DNA of 54,227 nucleotides from Chlamydiia bacterium (GTDB lineage Bacteria; Chlamydiota; Chlamydiia; Chlamydiales; Rhabdochlamydiaceae): NCBI GenBank assembly GCA_963804085.1, contig CAWDOQ010000008.1, positions 1 to 54,227 of the forward strand, read 5' to 3'. Shown piece by piece: positions 48,094 to 54,227 of this stretch (position 1 is its first letter; each line of letters starts with the position of its first letter). The notes under the pieces were generated by a model. It saw only the letters and a program-made list of their open reading frames with translations, ran no database searches and was not told where the DNA came from. The position numbers and the translations under genes were made by a program.

Positions 48094-51000
48094 ATGGCGC
48101 CTCCAACACTTGCGGTTGTCATTGGGGTTACTAGGTATTTTCATCAGGGAATAGTGCCCCTTCCTGCCGCACAAGTCGATGCTGTGCATTTTGCACGCGC
48201 TCTTCATCACTGGGGTGTAGACGAGGCAGGGATCTTTTTGTTGCTCAACGAAGAGGCCACCTTAGAGCGAGTAGAAGCTGTTTTTATTAATTACAACTGT
48301 TTGAACAAGAGTATAAACTGCTTTTCTACTTTAGTGGGCATGGTTATAGAGAGGGAGGATCTCCTCCCAGTTCGTTCCTGCTTTTTCATGACAGTTCTAT
48401 CGAAGAACAAAAGTGCAGGAATGCACTAAACCTCGATACCATTATTGCAAAGATCGGCCAGTTGCGGGCAGAAGAGAGCTACATCTTCATCGACGCCTGC
48501 TCTTTGCGGATCAATGCGCTTATCCATCCCAAATTACAAGAGGAGATTGAGGGGCAAAAGATATTAAAAAAGAGCCTCTTTTGTCTTCTCTTTTGGCGTC
48601 GAAGAGTCGTTTGAAAGTAATAAAGAGCAGTATGGATATTTCACCGAAGCGCTTCTACACAGCCTCTCTAAAATTGGGGGCTTTTTAGCATCTCCTACAG
48701 AACTTTTAAATGCGATTTGTAAAAGATTAGAAACAAGAGGAGTGGCTCTTCCCGAGAATGTAAAACATCGCAAACGAGAAGATCTCTTTTCTTGCGCGAG
48801 AAGATGGGTACACCAAAAAAGCTTCTTTTGCAATGATACAAGATGCATTTATCCAAGAGCGGGAAAAGCTATCTGCTTTACGGGAGAAGAGAGGAGTGGA
48901 AAGTCTTTTCTTGCTCGTTTTAGTACTACAGAAAAGTTAAAGACATTCTATTTGAGTTTTCCAGATCAACCGCTGGATGCAACGCTCTTTTTGGCCGGTG
49001 CGATAAAAGGGAGATTTCCCAATCTCTTTGAAGAGGAGATCTCCTCCGTTGAAGTTTTGACAAGGTTTACCGAACTCTATCCTTTTTATCTTTTTATCTT
49101 AGATCAGGTAGAGAGGCAAAAAAAGAAAAAAGAAGATCAATCGCCTTTTGAAGATTAGCTGCACTTTACGCGCTCAGTTTCTCTTTATTTCAAATAGACC
49201 TCTTGGACATAGAGGGCTGATCACTTTACAAGAGGGTAGATACATTGAGCAAAAGCCTTCCCAAAAGAAGCGCTATTTTGTTTCGATACTTCTATTGGGA
49301 GCGATGCTTACTTTTTTCATTGCAAAAACTGGATTGTGCACCTCCTATTCGATTTTTCATCTCAATGCACCTCATCCCGATTTTATTGGACGAGGCCAAA
49401 GCTTGAAGTGGTTAAAGAACATTTGCTTCGACCGTTCAAAAGATGTGCCGATTGCAGTTTTATGGGGTGAAGGTGGAGTGGGAAAAAGTGAAACGGCGAC
49501 TTTTTTTGCTAACCTTCATAGAAAAGATTTTGCGCTTATTTTCTGGATCGATAGTGAGACGGAGGAGAGTTACAGCAAGAGCTACTTTAGATTGGCCAAA
49601 GAGCTTCAGATTTCTTTCGATCAAAAGGCATCTACAAGCGTTGTGGTGCAAAAGGTGCATCAGCATTTAGAGAACAAGAGCGCGCACCAGCCTTGGCTTT
49701 TGATTTTTGACAATGCACAAAATGAGTGTGAACTTCCTCAAAAAGGCAAAGGAGCAGTCCTCATCACCACACGCAATCATCTGCCTTGGTACTCTTACCC
49801 TTGTCTTGAGCTTCTCCCTTTTAGCGAGGAGGAGGCGCTCACTCTCTTTCAAAAGATCACGCAAAAAGCAGAAACTCCTGCACGCAGAACGCTCGTCAAG
49901 GAGCTTGACTACTATCCACTCGTGCTCAACTTGAGCGCACATTACATCGCAGATACTCCAGGAATGACAGAGGAGGATTATTTAACCCTTTTTTCACAAA
50001 ACAAGATCGATCTGATGGAGAGTATGCCGATAGATCATCGCTATCAAACAGATCTTCTTGCTTCTTGGAGGATGGTGGCCGACCAGCTCTTTAATGATTA
50101 TCCTGATGTTCTTCATTGGCTTCACTTCTGCTCCTACTTGTGTCCGGATGGGATCTCCTCATCTTGGCTGCATGACTGGTTGGAGGAGCGTAAAAAAAAC
50201 GAGCGCTCTTTTGCCGTCCAATTACAGATGCATGATATCTTACGCATCCTCGTGCATCGCTGCCTTTTGCGCTATGATCCTGCCTCTCATAAGCTTTCGC
50301 TGCACAGGTTGAAGCAGGAGGTGTTTAAACAAGACCGTTATTTTGACTCTGCAACTCAAGAGAGCGTTTTAGATTTTCTGCTCAAATATGCGAGCTACAT
50401 CGACAAAAGGATGAACTTCAAAAGCTTTGATGAGCTTCGTGAATGGGAACCGCATGCTGCCTGGTTTCTCGGCAACTTCCACAAGGGGTTTACCAGTGAA
50501 AAGATCGCTCTCTTACAAAACGCTCTTGGCAACTGGAAGTACGCAAAAGGGGAGTATAAGAGTGCAAAGAGCTATCTCGAAGAGTCGTTAAAGACGCGCA
50601 TCGCACTTTTTGGAGAAGAGGATGCGCGCACCTTAGCGTCAATGAACGGTTTAGCAGCAACGCTTTTCGAAATGGAGCAATTTCCGGAAGCCAAACACTT
50701 TTTAACTCGTTCGCTTGAGATCTCTAAAAGCCTGTATGGGGAAGAGCACCCCGATGTGATTTTAGCTTTGCACAATCTTGGGTGGGGGCTTTGGGAGATG
50801 GGCCAATTCGAAGAAGCGAAAGCCCTTTTTGCACAATCGGAAGAGATCCAATTTTTAAATGCACCTGAGAGCTCGCACGATTTGTCAAAGATAGACGACC
50901 CGTGCAAGCGTGCTCTTTTTTTTCGCTACGCTGGCCTTTGGATTGAAGAGGTGCTAGGGGACTCGAAGAAAGCGCTCGGTTACTTTAAAGAGAGTTTAAA

Positions 51001-51806
51001 TATTTTCAAAAATACGCTGGGCGAAGAGGACTCCAAAAACAGCAATCGCTTATCGGTCGGTCGGTATTACACTCAATCGCCTAGGCTGTTCGCGAGAGAG
51101 TTTGAAATATATGCAAAAGGGACTGGAGATTCATAAGAAGATTTTCGGAGAGCATCACCCACAGACTGCAAAGAGCTACTCCAATCTCGGCATAAGCTGG
51201 AGAAATTTAAAACAGTACGGCCTTGCTTTAGAATGCCATGAAAAAACATTAGAAATTCGCAGAAAAGTTTTGGGTGAAGAGCATTCAGAGACGGGCAAGA
51301 GCTATGACAACTTGGGGGTCACTTTAGGTCATATGGGAAAGCATGAGCTGGCTCTTAAAAACATTCAAAAAGGACTCGAGATACGCCGAAAAAGTTTAGG
51401 CGAAGAGCACCCTGAAACTGCTAAAAACTATGCCAATTTAGGCATAAGTTATGGGCGGCTTGGCCAGCATACACTTGCGCTTGAGTGTATGCAAAAAGCG
51501 CTTCGTTTAAAAAAGAAGAGCTTAGGAGAGAAGCATCTTCTTACGGCCATGGCTTATACCCAGGTAGCTGCGTGTCTGCGCGAGATGGAGCGTTACGAAG
51601 AGGCGCTGGATCACGACTTAAAAGCTTTAAAGATTCGCGTTAAAATTTTAGGAGAGGAGTACTCTGATACCCTTGCTAGCTATAAATGGCTGGTAGAAGA
51701 TCTCCGCTTACTCAAGCGCGAAGACGAGGCGCTTCTTTACGAAAGAAAAATAGAAGAGATTAACCACTCTTTAGAGCAGCACATTCCAGTTCTTAATGAA
51801 CTCTGA
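48094..51806 (+). CDS. Caspase-like (peptidase C14) - P-loop - TM - STAND/NB-ARC-like - TPR protein, broken by several frameshifts
   Basis: AVVIGV..Y, FYFSGHG (48333-48344 = SGHG), IFIDAC (48492-48500 = DAC), GYFTEALL, GEERSGKS/LFILDQVE, TM helix, GEGGVGKS, WLLIFDNA, GEEHP-type TPRs. Confidence 0.75.
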
Positions 51807-53928
51807 TGGCATGAGCTAAGCCGGTGTGGCGCTTCTTCACCTCTTCGTTGTGCACGGCCATTGCAAGCGCCTTCTTTGTGCCGATGAGGAACACCCATTT
51901 TTTTCCGCGCGTGAGACCTGTATAGAGCAGGTTGCGCGAGAGAAGCTTAAAGTGGCTTGTGTGGATGGGAAGTATAATGCAGGGGCACTCGCTTCCCTGG
52001 TACTTGTGAATCGAAACCGCATAGGCTAAAACCAGCTCGTCGATCTCTGAAAAATCGTATGTGACCGGCCGCCCATCAAAAATGACTTTTATCAGATCTT
52101 CGCTCTGATCGATCTCAGCGATTTTGCCGATATCTCCGTTGAACACCTCTTTCTGGTAGTTGTTGCGTATCTGCATTACCTTGTCGCCGACATGAAAAGA
52201 CCTTCCCATCGATACAAACGGAGTCGGGCAGGGGTTGAGCGCTTTTTGAAGCGCTACGTTGAGATTCTCTATGCCAATGAGCCCGCGCCGCATGGGGGAG
52301 AGCACTTGGATGTCTTCAAAGCGGTGCAAGCGAAAATGTTTGGGAAGCTCATGCTGCACAAGGCGCAAGATCTCCTCTACAATCGCTTCCGGCTCCTCCT
52401 TTTCGATAAAGTGAAAGTCACTCTTTTCTCGCGGCGATATGTCTGGAAACTCTCCATGGTTGATCCTGTGCGCATTAGTCACGATACGCGAGCCTTGCGC
52501 CTGACGAAAGATCTGCATTAAGCGGACCACAGGGATCTTTTCCGATGAGATGATGTCTTTTAGCACATTGCCAGGGCCGACACTGGGCAGCTGGTCGATA
52601 TCGCCCACGAGTATCAGACGCGCACCATCTGGAATCGCTTTTAAAAGATGGTTCATGAGAAGAGTGTCGATCATGCTCGCCTCATCTACGATGATCAGAG
52701 CACACGTGAGGGGATTGTCGCGGTTTTTCTTAAAGCCACCATTGGTAAAATCCATCTCTAGAAGCGCGTGGATGGTAAACGCCTTCTTGTGGGTGATCTC
52801 GCTCATACGCTTGGCAGCACGACCCGTGGGAGCACAGAGCAGAACAGAGTTGGATAGCTTGGAGGTGATCGCCAAAATCGCTTTTGTAATCGTGCTCTTG
52901 CCCGTACCGGGCCCGCCGGTGATTACAAGCACCTTCTCTTTAACGCCAAGAGCGACAGCTTCTTTTTGTTCCGGCGCTAGCTGAATCCGCATCTCCTTTT
53001 CAACCCACTCCACCGCTCGCGCCAGGTCGACTGCACGCAGTTGAGCCGGATTCTGCACAAGCCTTGCAAGCTCGCGTGCGATCCCGACCTCCGAAAGATA
53101 TAGCGGCTTTACCCAGATCACTCCCTCTTGCCTGACTATATCGCCATTTCTTGCAAGCGCCTCGAGCTCCCCCTGGATTAAAGAGAGATCTACCTCCAAA
53201 TGTTCCTTCACGATCGGTATAAGCTCATTTTCCGGAAAACAGACATGCCCCTCGTTCGAAAGCTCCCAGAGAATATGCTCTATTCCCGCGGCAATCCTGT
53301 GAGGGGACTCAAGAGGGACGCCCAGCCCCTTGGCGATCGAATCGGCGCTTTTAAAGCCCACCCCATGGATCTCCTTAGCGAGTGCATAGGGGTTGGCCTT
53401 CACCTTTTCGATGCTCGCCTCGCCATAGGCTTTAAAGATTTTCTGTGCAAAGCCCGGACTTACCCCATGCCCGCGTAAGAAAATCATCACATCCCGAATC
53501 GCCCTCTGCTCTCCCCAGCAGGTGACTATCTTCTCCAGACGCTTGCTTCCCAATCCCTCGATCTGTAAAAGCTTCTCCGGGTGCTTCTCGATGACCTCGA
53601 GTGTGGCCAAGCCAAATTTCGCCACAATCCGCTCGGCATAGACCCGCCCGATCCCCTTGATCATCCCCGATTCTAAATATTTTTGAATGCCTAAGAGGTC
53701 TGACGGCGCCTCCAGCTCAAAACTCGCCACATCGAACTGCATCCCATGCTGCGCATGCTGCTTCCAAGCCCCCTTGCAGCGCACCGATTCTCCCGGCTGC
53801 AAAGAAGCAAAGTAGCCCACAATCGTGGTCAGCTCCCGCTTCTTCGGCTCCTTCATCCGAGCAACCGTAAACCCCTTTTCGCTCTCGGTAAAAACGATGC
53901 TCTCGATATGTCCAAAAATCTCTTCCAT
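51793..53928 (-). CDS. recD2: ATP-dependent RecD2-like DNA helicase
   Basis: N-terminal HhH region (IKGIG), TGGPGTGKS, APTGRAAKR, VDEASM, GDIDQLPSVGPG, SIHKYQGSE, YTGLTRGK. Confidence 0.95.
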   Translation of the reverse strand: MEEIFGHIESIVFTESEKGFTVARMKEPKKRELTTIVGYFASLQPGESVRCKGAWKQHAQHGMQFDVASFELEAPSDLLGIQKYLESGMIKGIGRVYAERIVAKFGLATLEVIEKHPEKLLQIEGLGSKRLEKIVTCWGEQRAIRDVMIFLRGHGVSPGFAQKIFKAYGEASIEKVKANPYALAKEIHGVGFKSADSIAKGLGVPLESPHRIAAGIEHILWELSNEGHVCFPENELIPIVKEHLEVDLSLIQGELEALARNGDIVRQEGVIWVKPLYLSEVGIARELARLVQNPAQLRAVDLARAVEWVEKEMRIQLAPEQKEAVALGVKEKVLVITGGPGTGKSTITKAILAITSKLSNSVLLCAPTGRAAKRMSEITHKKAFTIHALLEMDFTNGGFKKNRDNPLTCALIIVDEASMIDTLLMNHLLKAIPDGARLILVGDIDQLPSVGPGNVLKDIISSEKIPVVRLMQIFRQAQGSRIVTNAHRINHGEFPDISPREKSDFHFIEKEEPEAIVEEILRLVQHELPKHFRLHRFEDIQVLSPMRRGLIGIENLNVALQKALNPCPTPFVSMGRSFHVGDKVMQIRNNYQKEVFNGDIGKIAEIDQSEDLIKVIFDGRPVTYDFSEIDELVLAYAVSIHKYQGSECPCIILPIHTSHFKLLSRNLLYTGLTRGKKWVFLIGTKKALAMAVHNEEVKKRHTGLAHAIRVH

Positions 53929-53981
53929 GCAAAAAGAAAACTAACATTTCATCTATTTGATTTAAATCCTCATCTACTCTC

Positions 53982-54084
53982 AACGTGCCCTTGCCTCTGC
54001 CTGTGCCCGTGCCCGAAATTAATCCGGATCGGGCACGGGCACGGGACGCACGGGCACGCACACGGGCACGCACACGGGCACGTT
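53982..54084. repeat. Hexamer palindrome, GATCCGGATTAATT-core family (reverse orientation)
   Basis: AACGTGCCC...GTGCCCGAAATTAATCCGGATCGGGCAC...GGGCACGTT. Confidence 0.9.
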
Positions 54085-54158
54085 AAGAAAAAGAAGGGTT
54101 GGCAACACATAAGGTCCATTTACTTTAAATAGCCCTCTTTTTACAATTACCCCTCTAT

Positions 54159-54227
54159 TCCGGATTAGCTCAGTGGTAGAGCAGCGGACTGTTAATCCGT
54201 TGGTCGCAAGTTCGAATCTTGCATCCG
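54159..54227 (+). tRNA. tRNA-Asn (GTT), 3' end cut by the window edge
   Basis: TCCGGAT acceptor stem, TAGCTCAGTGGTAGAGC D arm, GCGGA-CTGTTAA-TCCGT anticodon arm, GCAAG-TTCGAAT-CTTGC T arm. Confidence 0.95.

Noticed and set aside
53717-54132. ORFs with RARVRARA / GHGHGTHG peptides (also 4622..4831 and the VPVPVP tail of 23654..23860)
   Set aside because: Translations of the palindromic repeat elements, not independent genes.
36298-54227. Prophage or integrative element at tRNA-Asn
   Set aside because: No integrase, phage structural genes or duplicated tRNA 3' end seen, and core recD2 lies between the island and the tRNA.

Overview
Chromosomal segment of an environmental Chlamydiota bacterium. 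The inference rests on gene order matching Chlamydia: lptG/lptF-tilS-ftsH-pnp-rpsO-tadA, and rpmE-prfA-prmC-ffh-rpsP-trmD-rplS-rnhB-(yicC)-gmk-omega-metG-recD, plus a long chlamydial-type FtsH. The window ends inside a tRNA-Asn. Accessory DNA falls into three groups. (i) A tandem array of F-box-like/LRR effector-like genes (2.1-4.6 kb). (ii) A ~15.5 kb insertion between metG and recD2. It holds an AAA+ ATPase, two paralogous membrane-anchored STAND(NB-ARC-like)-TPR proteins (one with a caspase-like domain hidden by frameshifts), and between them an XRE-headed cluster: amidohydrolase-family deaminase, dNMP-kinase-like protein, two dCTP-deaminase paralogs with complementary catalytic-residue losses, PLP aminotransferase, MFS transporter, SAM methyltransferase and AlaX. 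The three apparent promoter regions of this cluster share an ATC-N7-GAT box; it is the best candidate for an undescribed system. (iii) At least six families of palindromic intergenic elements, one nested three deep with a TTAA target duplication. Patches of single-base indels also break housekeeping genes (pnp, tadA), so frameshifts here are probably consensus errors rather than true pseudogenes. All calls come from motif reading by eye; no database searches were run.
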